NCBI RefSeq assembly: GCF_018350175.1
Contig: NC_058369.1
Coordinates: 8,990,001 to 9,054,000 of the forward strand
Source: Felis catus
Taxonomy: Eukaryota
DNA length: 64,000 nucleotides
Direction of reading: 5' to 3'
The position numbers and the translations under genes are program-made. Under the pieces are notes generated by a model. The model was given only the letters and a program-made list of their open reading frames with translations. It was not told where the DNA came from and ran no database searches. Below, one piece after another: positions 24,853 to 38,015 of this stretch; the first letter of the stretch is position 1, and each line of letters opens with the position of its first letter.

Positions 24853-27800
24853 TCCGAAGCAGACTCCAGGCTCTGAGCTGTAAGCACAGAGCCAGACGCC
24901 GGACCTGAACCCACCAACTGTGAGATCATGACCTGAACCGAAGTCGGTTGCTTAACTGACCGAGCCACCCAGGCGCCCCTCCAGATGCATTTTTCGAAAA
25001 GCTTCCTGTGGCTGCCGTGCCGAGAATGGATTGTAAGTTAAGGATGGAAACAAGGAAACTAACAAGGAGAGTGGGCCAGTGATCAGGCTAGAGATGATGG
25101 CAGCCTAGACTCAGGGGCAGAATATTGGGTGAAGCGGTCACATTTGAAATGTGTTTTGGGAGTAAAGCACTGCAAGTCCTTGGTTGTAATAGATGGGGAA
25201 AGAAGTGAATTAAGTACATCTCTTAGTGGCTGCCTGGGCAGCTGGGATGGTGGCGGCCAGGAGAGAAACAGGTTTTGAAGGGACAAGTCAGGAATTCCAT
25301 TTTGGCTACAGTGAATCCAAGGCATCCGGGACATCCAAGTGGAGACGTCAGGGCAGTGGCTTTGTTATCTGTGTTTTGTGAGCTTGGAAGAGGCGGGTGT
25401 GGATTTGGGAGTCATTGTCCCAAGTATGACATTCAAAGCGGTGTGAGTAGAGGAGAATGAGAAGACAAACTGCCCAGAAGCCCGGAAACAAACGGAGGTC
25501 ATGTCAGCATTTAGGGACCAGGGGCAGGGAGAGCGAGGGGGGAACAGTGAGGGAGCCCAGGAAGGAGCCATGGACGAAGTGGGAGGAAAGCCAGGGATTG
25601 TGAGCTCCTGAATCCAGGAGGACAAAGGGACTCGAGGCAGGAAGGAGTTGTGGGCCCCAGCAGGCATATTAAGTTTTAGAGAGACCAGTCTGGGAGTGAG
25701 GGCGAGAGGCTGCCCAGAGTGGCTGAGCTGAGGAGGTGGGGACAACGATCAGCCATGATGGGGGCTGAGAAAGGGGGCCGTTGCCGGAGGGAGACAGGGT
25801 GAGGGGTGTTAAGGAGGCTTTTTTTTTTTTTTTTTTTTTTTTTTTTTGAGAGAGTGCTAGAGCAAGTTTGTTGGCTGATGCAAATGCTCTAACAGGGAGG
25901 GAGCAAGGATGCTGGCCAAGGATGGTCCTCAGGCAGGTGGGCGGCTGTGAGCCCCATTCAGCTCACAGACCCAGGACATAGAGGCAAGGCGTGGGGAGCC
26001 TGGGGAGAGAGGAGGGTGTTGGCAGCCAGTGGCTTCTTTTTCTTTTGTTTTGTTTTTGTTTTTGTTTTTTTCCCCATTTTTTTCATTTTTTGAGAAAGAG
26101 AGTGCGAGCAGGGGAGGAGCAGAGAGAGAGGGAGATACAGAATCCGAAGCAGGCTCCGGGCTCCAAGCTGTCAGCACAGAGCCCAATGTGGGGCTTGAAC
26201 TCACAAACCACGAGATCGTGACCTGAGCCGAAGTCGGAAGCTTAACCGACTGAGCCACCCAGATGCTCCAGTGGCTTCTTTTTCTAATCAGGCACGGCAC
26301 TGGTCTCGGCAGAGAGCCAGGGGTGAATGGGACGGACGAGGTTTGAGGAGAAAGAAACTCCTGAGGGTTTGTCTGGCTTGAGTGCCTTTTGGAGCTCTGT
26401 GCTCAGGAATGGGGAGCAAGGTGGGAGTCATTCGTCAAGTGTGTTTCCGCAATGTTCACCTCCGTGCAGCCATATCAGAGAGCTGGGAATGACCAGAGTG
26501 GGGATGTTGCCAGCGACAGAGGAAAAGGGAATGTTTGCAGAGACACTCTGTGGAGTCGGGCTGGATGAGAATGCTAGCCATGAGGGGCGCCTGGGTGGCT
26601 CAGTCGGTTGGGCGTTCAACTCCGGCTCAGGTCATGATCTCACAGTTCATGGGTTCGAGCCCCGCGTCGGGCTCCGTACTGACAGCTCGGAGCCTGGAGC
26701 CTGCTTCGGATTCTGTGTCTCCCTCTCTCTCTGCCCCTCCCATGTTCGTGCTCTCTCTCTCTCTGTCTCTCGATAATGAAGAAATGTTGAAAACAAAAAG
26801 CAAAAACCTTTTTTTAAATAAATAAAAAAAAGAATGCTAGCTGTGAGGGACACTGACAGTGAACAAGCAGGCAGTGGTGTGGGGACAAGGTGGCCTAAAG
26901 AGGCTTAAGTAACTGAGGTAGGAGGCGAGGGGGCCCAGGTCAGAGAGTCAGGTGCGGGAGCTTAGAGGTGGCCATTTACTAGCAGTCGCTCGGTAATGGT
27001 GTGTCTGTAGCAGGTGATGGGTGGACAAGCTCCCTGCATAGAAATGACCTCTGAGGCCAGCGAGTTGGGGGCTTCACTGTGGGCCCTGTGAAGTCACAAA
27101 GTGGTGACATGGGAGGAGGGTGGAGAGGGGGGCTCTGAATCCAGGGCAGACCGGAGACCCCAGGGACAGTCGTCCCTTCGTGGATCCCACATACATGTTG
27201 AGGCCCTACTGTGTGCCAGACACTTCCAGAAGGTGCTGGGACATAGCAGTAAACAAGACAGAAAACTCCCTCTCTTCGCGGTGCTGAGCCACGTCGGGAA
27301 GGGCTAGGTGTGGAGGAGAAATGAAGGCAGGACAGGGGGAGCTGAGGCCTCATTATTGGCTGGGATGGTCAGGGAGGGCTCGTGTTCGAGGAACGATCTG
27401 GAGGAGTTCGGGGCCCTAGTTGGGGACCAGCCAGCGCAAGGGCCCAGCCGTGGGCTCTGACTTCCCTCTGGGGGGCCAATCACAGTTTGCAGTTTTCCAT
27501 ATGTTGGTGAAATAGTTTGACCATTTGTGTGACCTCACAAGCCCTGCAGTGCCTGGGGCAGGGCCGTGGCACCTCAGGGGTGTCCCCGGCCGTGACCTGA
27601 TGAAGGGATGTATTCGGGGCCTCCGTGGGCTCTCTCTGACCCGGCGCCTGGGTCAAAGGCCTGGCGGCGGCGGCGGCGGCCTGAGTCTTGACCCCTCGGC
27701 CTTCAGGAGATCGACCCCAGCCTTGGCGTGGCTGAACTGCCCGACGAGTTCTTCGAGGAGGACAACATGCTAAGCATGGGCAAGAAGATGATGCAGGAGG

Positions 27801-29529
27801 CCATGAGCGCCTTCCCCGGCATTGACGAGGCCATGAGCTACGCAGAGGTCATGAGGTCAGGCCCTGCCAGCAGGGGCGGGGCAGGGGGAGGGGGGGCTGG
27901 GGTAGAAGAGGGCAAACAGGCCTGACCCTCATCTCCCCGCAGGCTGGTGAAGGGCATGAACTTCTCGGTGGTGGTGTTCGACACGGCTCCCACAGGCCAC
28001 ACGCTTAGGCTGCTCAACTTCCCCACCATCGTGGAGCGGGGCCTGGGCCGCCTCATGCAGATCAAGAACCAGATCAGCCCCTTCATCTCACAGGCAGGCA
28101 GGGCCCCGGGGCGTCCGGGCACCCCCTGTGTCAGAGCGTGCACAGGAGCAGTGACAGAGGCCTTTCCCACCCACGGCCTCTCGGTCCGCATTTCCCAGCG
28201 GAAAGGATGGACCTTCGCAGTGGGGTGGGCGGCCTGTTCCCCTGCCCCATAGGAGTCACGTCTTGCCCCACCCACTGAGTGCTCCAGACAGAGTTTGAAA
28301 ACACGTATTCCAGAGCCCAGCGGCCCAGGCTCAAATGCTCTGCACTCTGATGCGACACGGCTGTGTGACCTCAAGCAAGTCAGTTCGCTTCGCTGGGCCT
28401 CACCTTCCTTGTCCTGGCCACGGTCCCCCAGAAACAGCAGAGCTGGGTTGACGCCCCCCCCCCCCATGGTCTGCTCAAGGCCCCTTAATGCTGAGAGGTG
28501 TCAGAAATTGTCCCCCTGGTGGTTTCTGAGTCCCCAGCTCCGGTGCCGGAATGTGCCCCAGGTAAGCCGTGAGCCTCCCACGTCTTCCCCACAGATGTGC
28601 AACATGCTGGGCCTAGGGGACATGAACGCGGACCAGCTGGCCTCCAAGCTGGAGGAGACGCTGCCCGTCATCCGCTCCGTCAGCGAGCAGTTCAAGGACC
28701 CTGTGAGTCCCGGTCCGGGCTGGCGGTGAGAGGCTTGGGATGGGGACAGGGCCCGAACCTGCCCCTCACTGTCCACTCTCACGCCCCGCAGGAGCAGACA
28801 ACCTTCATCTGCGTGTGCATTGCCGAGTTCCTGTCCCTGTACGAGACGGAGCGACTGATTCAGGAGCTGGCCAAATGCAAGATTGACACCCACAACATCA
28901 TCGTCAACCAGCTCGTCTTCCCTGACCCCGAGAAGCCCTGCAAGATGTGTGAGGCCCGTCATAAGATTCAGGCCAAGTACCTGGACCAGGTGTGCATGCC
29001 CGACTGCCTGCCCAGCCCTCACGCCTTTGACCCTGGAAGTTGGGGCCTGGCCCAGCCCAAGCAAGGCACCACCCATCTTCTACTGCGTCCCCTGACCTTT
29101 TGCTCCATCCCGTCTTCTGACCCTCTGCCCCAGCCTCCTGCTCTGCACCCTAATTCTGGCTCTCAAGGACTGTAGCTGGCCTGACCTGGGGACCTCTGAC
29201 CCCGGGGAGGGGGAGGTCCAGCCCAGTGATCTCTGACCTCACTGGTCTCACTCCCACCTATCACCCTGTGAAGCCCCTGCCCCACATTCTCCCCCAATCC
29301 TGGGCGGTCCCCAGTCCGACCCCTCCCACTGACCCACATTCTGTCCCTGCCCCACGGCCCTCTGACTGCTGCCATCTGCCCTATGCCTTGGCCACAGATG
29401 GAGGATCTGTATGAAGACTTCCACATTGTGAAGCTGCCGCTGCTGCCCCACGAGGTGCGGGGGGCGGACAAGGTCAACACCTTCTCTGCCCTCCTCTTGG
29501 AGCCCTACAAGCCCCCCAGTGCCCAGTAG
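22999..29529 (+). CDS. GET3: ATPase GET3/ASNA1/TRC40 (tail-anchored protein targeting), 348 aa
   Basis: Exons 22999-23159 (P-loop [10 protein letters not shown]), 24001-24148 (STDPAH), 27707-27855, 27943-28093 (DTAPTGH; GC donor), 28595-28702, 28792-28989 (CKMC), 29398-29529. Total 1047 nt. AATAAA at 29728-29733. Confidence 0.98.
24474..24979 (-). mobile_element. Two tandem antisense SINEC_Fc-like elements (second contains (CA)n at ~24809-24848)
   Basis: Two antisense heads ending gagccacccaggcgcccc at ~24727 and ~24979. Confidence 0.9.
26041..26267 (-). mobile_element. SINEC_Fc-like Can-SINE with TSD
   Basis: TSD ccagtggcttctttt at 26026-26040 and 26268-26282. Confidence 0.9.
26584..26830 (+). 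mobile_element. SINEC_Fc-like Can-SINE with TSD
   Basis: Sense head and A tail; TSD agaatgctagc..tgaggg on both sides. Confidence 0.9.
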
Positions 29530-32500
29530 CACTGCCGCCAGCCCCAGTCGCTGCCATTTCACACCCACCCTCCACCCACCCCCGCCCCCGGGGCAGAATT
29601 TGCACAAAGTCCCCCAAAGTATAGGGGGAGTCATTTGGGGGGTGGGAGGCGGGGAGGAGGTGTGTTCCCCCTGGTGGGGCTGGGGGGGCTGTAGCTGCCC
29701 CCCACCTCTCCCTGCCTCTCGCCCCTCAATAAAATGATCTTAAATCACTGTGGATGTTGATGTAGAGGGATTGGGGGTCGACAGCTCCATGTACAGTTGC
29801 ACAGGTTGTACACTGCACAAAAATGGCACCTCTAGAGGAACCCAGTCACAACAGAGATCTGATAGAGATGTATGTTTATGATGGCCATTTTGGAAGGAGG
29901 GTATCTTCGGCAAGGGGGTGTCCTCTTCTGACTCTATGGATAGCGGTGTCCCTGCTGGGGCTCTAAAACCTGTAATAGAAGAGGAGCATCTGCCCACTTC
30001 CTTTGAGGTTCAGAGCGTGGGAATGGGGAGGCCCCTTCGCCAGCCCCAGGCTGGTGGGGAGCGGATTAGGCCGGCACGGGCCCAGCACTGCCTGCTGTTT
30101 GGTTTGGGAATTAGTGGGCGCCCTGGGCAGAGGCTAGGCCTGCCAGACTGAGGATTAACAGTCTCCACCCCCCAACTGCCGCTCCCTCTGCCACCGAGGC
30201 TGCACAGAGCTGCAACAGGGGAGCTAATTAGGGGACGGGATGGCAGAGGACCCAGGCCAGGCGAGCCCCTGAAGTCCTGTGTGTCTCAAGAGCAGCCTCT
30301 CTGAGTTATAGGTAACATGCTTCCTGCAGTTTGAGCCCCTTTTCCCTAAAACGGAGACATAAAGGGTGGCCGTTCAGGGTCACGGCAGAATTCACCAGAC
30401 CCTGGGAGGGTTCTCACAACAGCTTGGAAGGCAGTTAGCGGGGTCCCTTACATCCTTTCATGCTCCCTCTGCCACTGCCTGGACAGCCGATGTCCTCCCC
30501 AGTTGACAGACCCAAGACTGGTTGTGATGCTGACCATTTATTTGCAAGTTCCAAGCCAGAGCTGGTTAGAGGGGACAGAAAGGGGGTGCTTGAGGACATG
30601 CATGAGTCAGGAAGTGGTGTTTAGACTGCACACCCAGACCATGGGTGAGCCAGGGTGTTTGTGTAAGGGAAGCCCAGTCACAAGCCTAGACGTGTCCCCC
30701 CTACACTATTCCACTGGGTGTGTGCCGGCAGGTGTGGACAGGTTCTGGTGGCCTTTGTAAACAAACACGGTGGTGCAGCCTGTGACAGAGACCCCGGGCT
30801 CCAAGTCAAACTGCCTGAGTTCAAATATCAGCCATGCCACGAACGAGCATGTGTCCTCTGAGCCTCAGTTTCCCTATCCGGATGTAGAAATACCAAAAGC
30901 ACCAATTTCATACTCCTGCTTGTAAGGACTCCATGAGACGAAGTAGGTAACGTCTTTGCAACAGCACCAGGCACGTAGCTGCCAGGGAGTGTTTGTTATT
31001 CTTTGCTGTTACAAGTATTAAGCATGTGAGCTAGCCTGGGCAACCTGCCCCGGATCCAGCGGGGGTCCAGCAGTCAGAAGTGTGTGGAGATACGTGTGAG
31101 CTGGGAGTGGGGGGATGAGCACAGGTTGGGGGCTAGCTGTAGTGTGGTGAGGATGCATCCTAGGAAGTGGGGGCCTCTGGTCAGGAACCAACCGTCAACT
31201 TGAAGCCCATACATTCCCCAGGCCCTGAAGCTGGCAACACCACCCCCTCGCCCCCTTTTACGGGCTGTCCGGCAGCTGGATGGCAGAGATTTGGGTCTGA
31301 GGGTGACCAGCCCGGGCCAGTTCCTAATTACCTGGGGCAGGGCAGACATCTGCCAGTCTGGGAACACAGTGTCCCGGCTGGCAAGGCTTCAGGGCGGGGC
31401 TGCAACGGGCCATCCGCACTCCTAGGGCACATGGTGAATTTGAGGGCCTTCAAGGGTGCCCCTCGGGGTAGGAACCCTTGCACGCTGGGCTACGAGTTTG
31501 ATGTTGGGGATAAGGGCTATTTGTGTCAGGCTGGAAGTACCCCCTTCGTAGACGTCTGTGAAGGCGGAACATCTGTCTGTGTCTGTGCAACATTCGGGGA
31601 CAAGGTTTTGCATCCCTAAGCTTGTGTGTTCATGGCAATACTGAGAGTATCTGAGACCTGGGGTGTGTGTATGGGTGGGGATGCTTACACAATACAGCGA
31701 GGGAGCACTGGGGAGAGAGTGTCCTATGCATTGATGTGCAAATGCAGATGAATTTCACGGCGGGGGTGGGGTGGGGGGGAGGGGGTTATGGGCCTGACCC
31801 CAGCGGGATAGAAGGGTCTGTGGGACTGTTGGGGAGGGGTCTCTGTTGTATGGGTGTGTTTAGGACCCTGTTCTGACCCAGGACTATGTCCCACTATGTT
31901 GAGGGCAGGTGTTCCTGTATCTGGCGTGTGAACACGGATCTGTCTTGGCACAGGAGAGACCGGGAATAAATGTGTGCTACCTCCTGTGTGTGTGTGATTG
32001 TGTGTTTGTGAAGGCATTGTGGGGTGTCTGCTTAGCGGTTGTGTGACCTTGCATGTGTCTCTGTTACATGGCAGGGGCGGGGGGGATCAGGAGGGAATGC
32101 AGGGTCCCAGGTCCCCGCCCATGTGCTCCTGAGTGGCTGTTTGGAGTACCATGTGGGTACCCGAGAGCTGACAGCCGGCTGGGTTAGGGCCCATCTGCCT
32201 ATATTTGAGTGTTGGGCACGGGTGGAGCTAAGTGTCTTGCGTGACTTTGTAAGTCTTTGTGATAATGTGTACTGACAGCCCTCTGGCTTACCGTGGTCGT
32301 GGGAGGCTGTGTTAAACTAAACTCGGGTCTGAGTCTATGGTGTGTGTTTCTATATGCATCTTTGTGACGGTGTGTGATTACAAGTGACTGTGGGATGACA
32401 CAGCCTCACTGAGCAGTGTGTGTGTGTCTCTCTCTGGAACTGGGAAGGAGACAGGCCCTGCCCCCTCCCCCAGCTTAGGTCCAAGATCCCTTGGACCTGC

Positions 32501-33631
32501 CAGTGACTGACTGGGAGAGAGACAGGGAGGAGCAAGGGAGGACGGGGCGGATTGCTCCCCCCTGCCCCAGGTCACAAACTGGCTCCGCTTCTCCAAACAA
32601 AGTTCTGAGGCTGCAGCCAAGGGGGGGCGGGCCAGGGAGGGGCTGCCCACGCCCACTCCCCAGCCCCCTCTCCCCAGGGTCTGGCCTCAGCCCCACCTAA
32701 CGCTGAAGGCTTCCGCCCAGTCTGTCCCTGGCCCCATTTGTCCCTGCACCCACCACCAGGTGAGAAGGGCGGAGGCCTGGGGGAGCAGAGGACCCTGAGG
32801 ACAGATGGGTCTCCATTGGCCTCCTCGGGGTGGGGAGTTGAGGGCTCGGAAGGCTGGAGGGGCATGGACAGATGAAAGGTCAAGGTGGGTCCAGAAGAGG
32901 GGTGAAGGGGCAGAGCCAGGGCAATTAAGTGGGGAGTGGATAGGCTGGGGGAGCTGTGCAGGGGAGAGACCAGCCTGAGGCAGAGGGCCCAGGGGGACAG
33001 GACCTGGGGTCCTGCTGGAGGCTGGAGGACCGGGCTTCCAAGGGCTTCAAAAGGGAGTGCGAGTGTGGAAGATGGGCTGAGACCAGGGGCTGTAGAAGCG
33101 TGGAGAGGTGGCAGAGGTGGGACCTGAGGGAGGAGGTCCAGGCTGCCGAAGAGCTGGAGTCCTAAGACTCTAGAAACCGAGGTGCCGGAGGCTCGGAGTG
33201 GGGAAGGCTGTAGACGGAGCTCAGGTAAGGGATACGGGATCGCACAGAGGGTTGCTGAGGCTGCGCGGTGGACCCAAGGGTCTTGGGGGTGGAGGATGGA
33301 GGGAGAGAGGCCCTGAGGAGTAGACGCAAGGCTCTGGGACCAGTGGTCCCGGGAAGAGAGTCTGCGAGAAGGGGCTTGGGGATGACTGAGGGCTAGGGCA
33401 GGTCTGAGCAGGCCTGGGAAGAGCCCAGAAACCTGGACAAGGGACGCAACCCTTGAGGGAGGAAGAGGAGGCTGGGGTGCCTGTAAGAGGGGGCGCCAAA
33501 CTGAGCCAGCCGGCACCTCTCTGCCCCTGCCCGCAGCCCCCCGGCCCCCTCCTGGGGCCCCGTTCCTCCGCCCACAGCCTGGGGTCCGGTCCGGCCCCCC
33601 CCTCCTCCCGCGCGACCGGTCTGGCGCCGGA

Positions 33632-36600
33632 ATGACCGTCACGTACACAGCCCGCGTGGCGAACGCGCGCTTCGGCGGCTTCTCGAAGTTGTTGCTGCTG
33701 TGGCGCGGGAGCATCTACAAACTTCTGTGGCGCGAGCTGCTCTGTTTCCTCGGGCTCTACATGGCGCTGAGTGCCGCCTATCGGTGAGGTGGTCCTGGGG
33801 TGGGGGTGGGGGGGTGCCAGCCAGAGGGGACTAGGGAGGGGCCTTGGGTGGTCCCCGGAGGGAGGCTCGCCTGTGACCCCGTGCCCCCCTCCCTCGCAGC
33901 TTCGTGCTGACTGAAGAGCAGAAGCGCTACTTCGAGAAGCTCGTCATTTACTGTGACCAGTATGCCAGTCTCATCCCGGTCTCTTTCGTGCTGGGTGCGT
34001 TCGCTCCTGAGTTCCCCATTCCCCTAATACTGAGAAACCCATTCCCAGGCCTTTGGGAGACCCCCCCTTCCTATTCCTCTGGGGCCCCCCTCTAACCCTT
34101 CAAACCTCCCCATTTCTGCATCTTTCATGCCAGGTGTGGCCCCAATTCCAGAGACCTTGGATGTCACCTGGTCACAGTAAGCCATTAGAGTTCCGTGTCA
34201 CCCATAGGCTTATCCCTGGTCATCTCAGGGTCTCCCACCTGTGTCTGCATGAGACTACCGGTGGCTCCCTACATGTCCTGGGCCCTAGGGACCCCCCCCC
34301 CACAGTGACCCCATATGACTCCATCCTCTCAACTCCAGCCTGGAGGACATTCCTCTGACAAGTCAGTAACTTAACGTGGCCCCAGCCTCCCGTTTTCAGG
34401 TCCCCATGCTCCCAACCAAGTGGCTCCCTGTGGCCAGAGCGACAACCTATGTGCCCCTGACAGAGGCATGTGTCCCCCCCCCCCTCCATACTGAGATCCC
34501 AATCCCATGTCCCAGGTGACAATCAAGTGGCCGGGAGGACCCAGCCTGCTCCAGACCCTCTAAACTCAGGGCTAGACCCCCGAGTTCCCAACCCAGGTGG
34601 CCCCTCAAGGTCTGGGTGATGAGCCTTCCTGGTGTCTCTGATGCAGACCCCCTATCATCCCTCTTCCCACGACCCGGCTCGAGTATCCCCACTGAGCCCC
34701 CCCATTCCCGGCTGTCCCGCAGGTTTCTATGTGACGCTGGTGGTGCACCGCTGGTGGAACCAGTACCTATGCATGCCGCTGCCCGACGCGCTCATGTGCG
34801 TGGTGGCAGGCACAGTGCACGGCCGCGACGAGCGAGGCCGCCTCTACCGGCGCACGCTCATGCGCTACGCCGGGCTCTCCGCCGTGCTTATCCTGCGCTC
34901 GGTCAGCACCGCGGTCTTCAAGCGCTTCCCCACCATAGACCACGTGGTGGAGGCGGGTGAGGCTCCGGCCCGAAGCGGGGGCGGGGCGGGCCGGGGGCGG
35001 GGCCAGGACGGGAGGCGGGGCGAGTAACCCCGGACTTCACCCCCACCCCCACCCCGCTCCAGGGTTTATGACCCGCGAGGAGCGCAAGAAGTTCGAGAAC
35101 TTGAACTCGTCCTACAACAAGTACTGGGTGCCCTGCGTCTGGTTCTCCAACCTGGCTGCGCAGGCCCGGCGCGAGGGCCGCATCCGCGACAACAGCGCCC
35201 TTAAACTGCTGCTGGAGGTGGGCCCGCCGGGAGGTCACTCATAGAAACTTCCAGGGAAATTGTACCTCCCTGGAATCGTGTCAGATGCCGACCTGCCACG
35301 CACCACCCGTGAGGCAGATTCCCAACACCCTTACCAAGCAGCCCCCAGGTGCACACTTATCTCTAGGGGGCCGAATCCTAGGCACATAGTGCCCCCTACC
35401 CCAGATGTACCCTCACCACTAAATGTCTGTCCCTGGAGGGACGCCTGGGTGGCACAGTGGGTTAATCGTGGACTCGTGATTTCCGCTCAGGTCACGATCT
35501 CACAGTTTGTGAGTCTGAGCCCCACGTGGGGCTCTGTGCTGAGAGCGTGGAGCCTGCTTGGCATTCTCTCTCTCCCCCCGCCCCTCCCCTGCTTGCACTC
35601 TCTGCCTCTCAAAATAAATAAACTTCAAGAAAGAAAAAAAGCCTCACAAAAAAGCTAAAAATTTAAATGTTCCCCCTGGAGAGCTGAAGCCCCCGCCCAC
35701 ATGCCACCTCCATCCCGAGTACCCACACCTGATCCCCAAGTGTGAGCTCACAATTCAGGCCCTCTCACGACTTGTATCTGCACCCAGGAGCTGACTGTGT
35801 TTCGGGGCAAGTGTGGGATGCTCTTTCACTACGACTGGATCAGCGTACCCCTTGTCTATACCCAGGTAACCCCACCGTGCCTCCGTTTAAATCTGGCATC
35901 AGAGGCCCTGACCCACTGGTCTCACGGCGAAACAGGACCAGCTAAGACCCCGTGTCAGTGAGGTCCCACCCTAGTCCTGGTCTCTCCAAGCCCTCCGGAG
36001 ACTGGGAGAACCCTGACCTGGTAACCCGCCCCGCCCCCAGGTGGTGACCATCGCCGTGTACAGCTACTTCCTGGCCTGCCTCATCGGTCGCCAGTTCCTG
36101 GACCCGGCTCAGGGCTACCAGGGTCACAACCTGGACCTGTGCGTCCCCATCTTCACCCTGCTACAGTTCTTCTTCTATGCCGGCTGGCTCAAGGTGGGGT
36201 GGGGTGGGGGGCCCTGAGGGAGGGACTCCCAGGGTGGGACAGGCAGGGTTCTCAGGACTCTGCCTAGCTACCCGCTCCCCCTTCAGGTAGCCGAGCAGCT
36301 CATCAATCCTTTCGGTGAGGACGACGATGACTTTGAGACCAACTTTCTGATCGACCGCAACTTCCAGGTAAGACTCGGTTGCGTCCATCCCGCGTTCCCA
36401 CAGGAACCCTGGCCCCACCTTCGCCAAGATTCAGGGTCCCCGGCCCGGACCCTGAACCGGCCTTCTTTCTTTGGTCACCACAGTCCTAACGCATCCTGGG
36501 GGCGGGGGAGAGGGGTCCACCCGGAGGTACCCGCGCTTTGCCCCCGCATGTCGGCGCCCACAGGTGTCGATGCTGGCCGTGGACGAGATGTACGACGACC

Positions 36601-37619
36601 TGGCCATGCTGGAGAAGGATCTGTACTGGGACGCAGCCGAGGCTCGAGCCCCCTATACTGCAGCCACGGCGTTCCTGCTGCAACAGCCCTCCTTCCAGGG
36701 CTCCACCTTTGATATCACGTGAGCCAGCTGGAAGGGTGGGGGGGCCTCTTGGAGGCGGGGCCTATGGCTCTGCGGGGAGGATCTGATCGAAGGGGCTCTG
36801 GGATGCCAGGACAGGGCTAAAGGCTAAGCTTGGAGATTCGGGGCTAAGACCTAAAGTCTGTGAGGACCAGGATGGGGGCAGGAGGCAGGGAATTGGGTCA
36901 AGGTCTGGGACCCCGCCACTAATTGGGGGCCGAGCTAAGGGCTAAGGTCTATGAGGACTGGACTGGCGGCCAGAGGCTGGGCCAGAGACGCGGCGGTCAC
37001 AACTGAGGCTTTAAGACCTAAATTTGAGCTTAGCCAAAGCCAGAGGCTAAAACCAGGCGCTCTGGTACAGGGCCGAGGTCTTTTGGGGATACGTGCGACG
37101 AAGGGGCGGGTGGAGGCAGGAAGAGCAGCGTGCCCGCGTCTCAGCTTTGTCAGTGCAGGAGAGGAGCGAGGTGGCAACGCTGATCCACTGTTCGACAGGC
37201 TGGCCAAAGAGGACATGCAGTTCCAAAGGCTGGACGGCGTGGACGCGCCGCTGGGCGAGGCACATGGTGACTTTTTGCAGCGCCTCCTGCCGGTAGGTGC
37301 GGGCATGGCCGCAGGAGGCCTGCTGGGCCGGCGCCTGTCCTTGCTGCGCCGCAAGAACAGCTGCGTGTCGGAAACGTCCACGGCCGCCAGCTGCGCGTGC
37401 GCAGGCGCCCCCGACGGCGCGGCCCCGGAATGCGGTTGCGGGGACCCGCTGCTCGACACCGGCTTGCGGGAGCCGGAGTCGGAGTTCCCCCCTGGCCCGG
37501 AACTGCCCATCCCCGGGCCCGCCGAGCCCTTCACCACTGTGCCTATGCCGGCGCCCCGGGGACCGGCTCCACCCTGGCTGCCCAGCCCCATTGGCGAGGA
37601 GGAGGAGAGTCTAGCGTGA
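33632..37619 (+). CDS. BEST2: Bestrophin-2 Ca2+-activated anion channel, 507 aa
   Basis: Exons 33632-33783 ([17 protein letters not shown]), 33900-33994, 34723-34956 (KRFPT), 35063-35217, 35788-35865, 36041-36193, 36287-36367 ([11 protein letters not shown] Ca clasp), 36564-36718, 37199-37619. Total 1524 nt. Probable non-coding exon ending 32759; AATAAA at 38004-38009. Confidence 0.97.
35437..35664 (+). mobile_element. Can-SINE in BEST2 intron
   Basis: gggacgcctgggtggcacagtgggttaa...aaaataaataaac; TSD taaatgt..ccctgga. Confidence 0.85.
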
Positions 37620-37904
37620 GATCCACAGGCACTGGATCCCCAAGGACAGGGACACAAACCCCGACAGGGCACGCAGGCAGCAGTCTGGGTCTGCGTAAGC
37701 CACATGTGGACTCCACCTATCCGACTTTGACGGGTTCCCGCTTCCTGTGCGCCAGTCTTCACCTCTGACCCTAGGTTTTGGAATGCCTCGTGTGGGCCAG
37801 GCACTGGGCCAGCTTATTTGAACAGTTCATCCTCCCCCCCCCCCCCCCAGTTCTGCTTCCCTCCCTCCCCTGCCTGAGAGGCCTCGATCAGCCTGCCCTG
37901 CCTT

Positions 37905-38015
37905 TATTCTTTCCTTAAAATGGAGATGTGAGTGCCTACCTCATTGAGTTATGGGGATGAAATGAAATGATGGCTTCAAAGTGTTGGTGCATAATAGGTG
38001 CTCAATAAAATGTTA
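37905..38015 (+). mobile_element. MIR remnant carrying the BEST2 poly(A) signal
   Basis: taaaatggagatg...cctacctcat...gatgaaatga...taggtgctcaataaa. Confidence 0.6.

Noticed and set aside
28559-28567. Consensus donor CAG|GTAAGC in GET3 intron 4
   Set aside because: Only 33 nt from the exon 5 acceptor, too short for an intron, and there is no supported upstream exon.
32572-33714. 380-aa minus-strand ORF
   Set aside because: Pro/Leu/Ser-rich read-through of the purine-rich BEST2 5' region; a compositional artefact.
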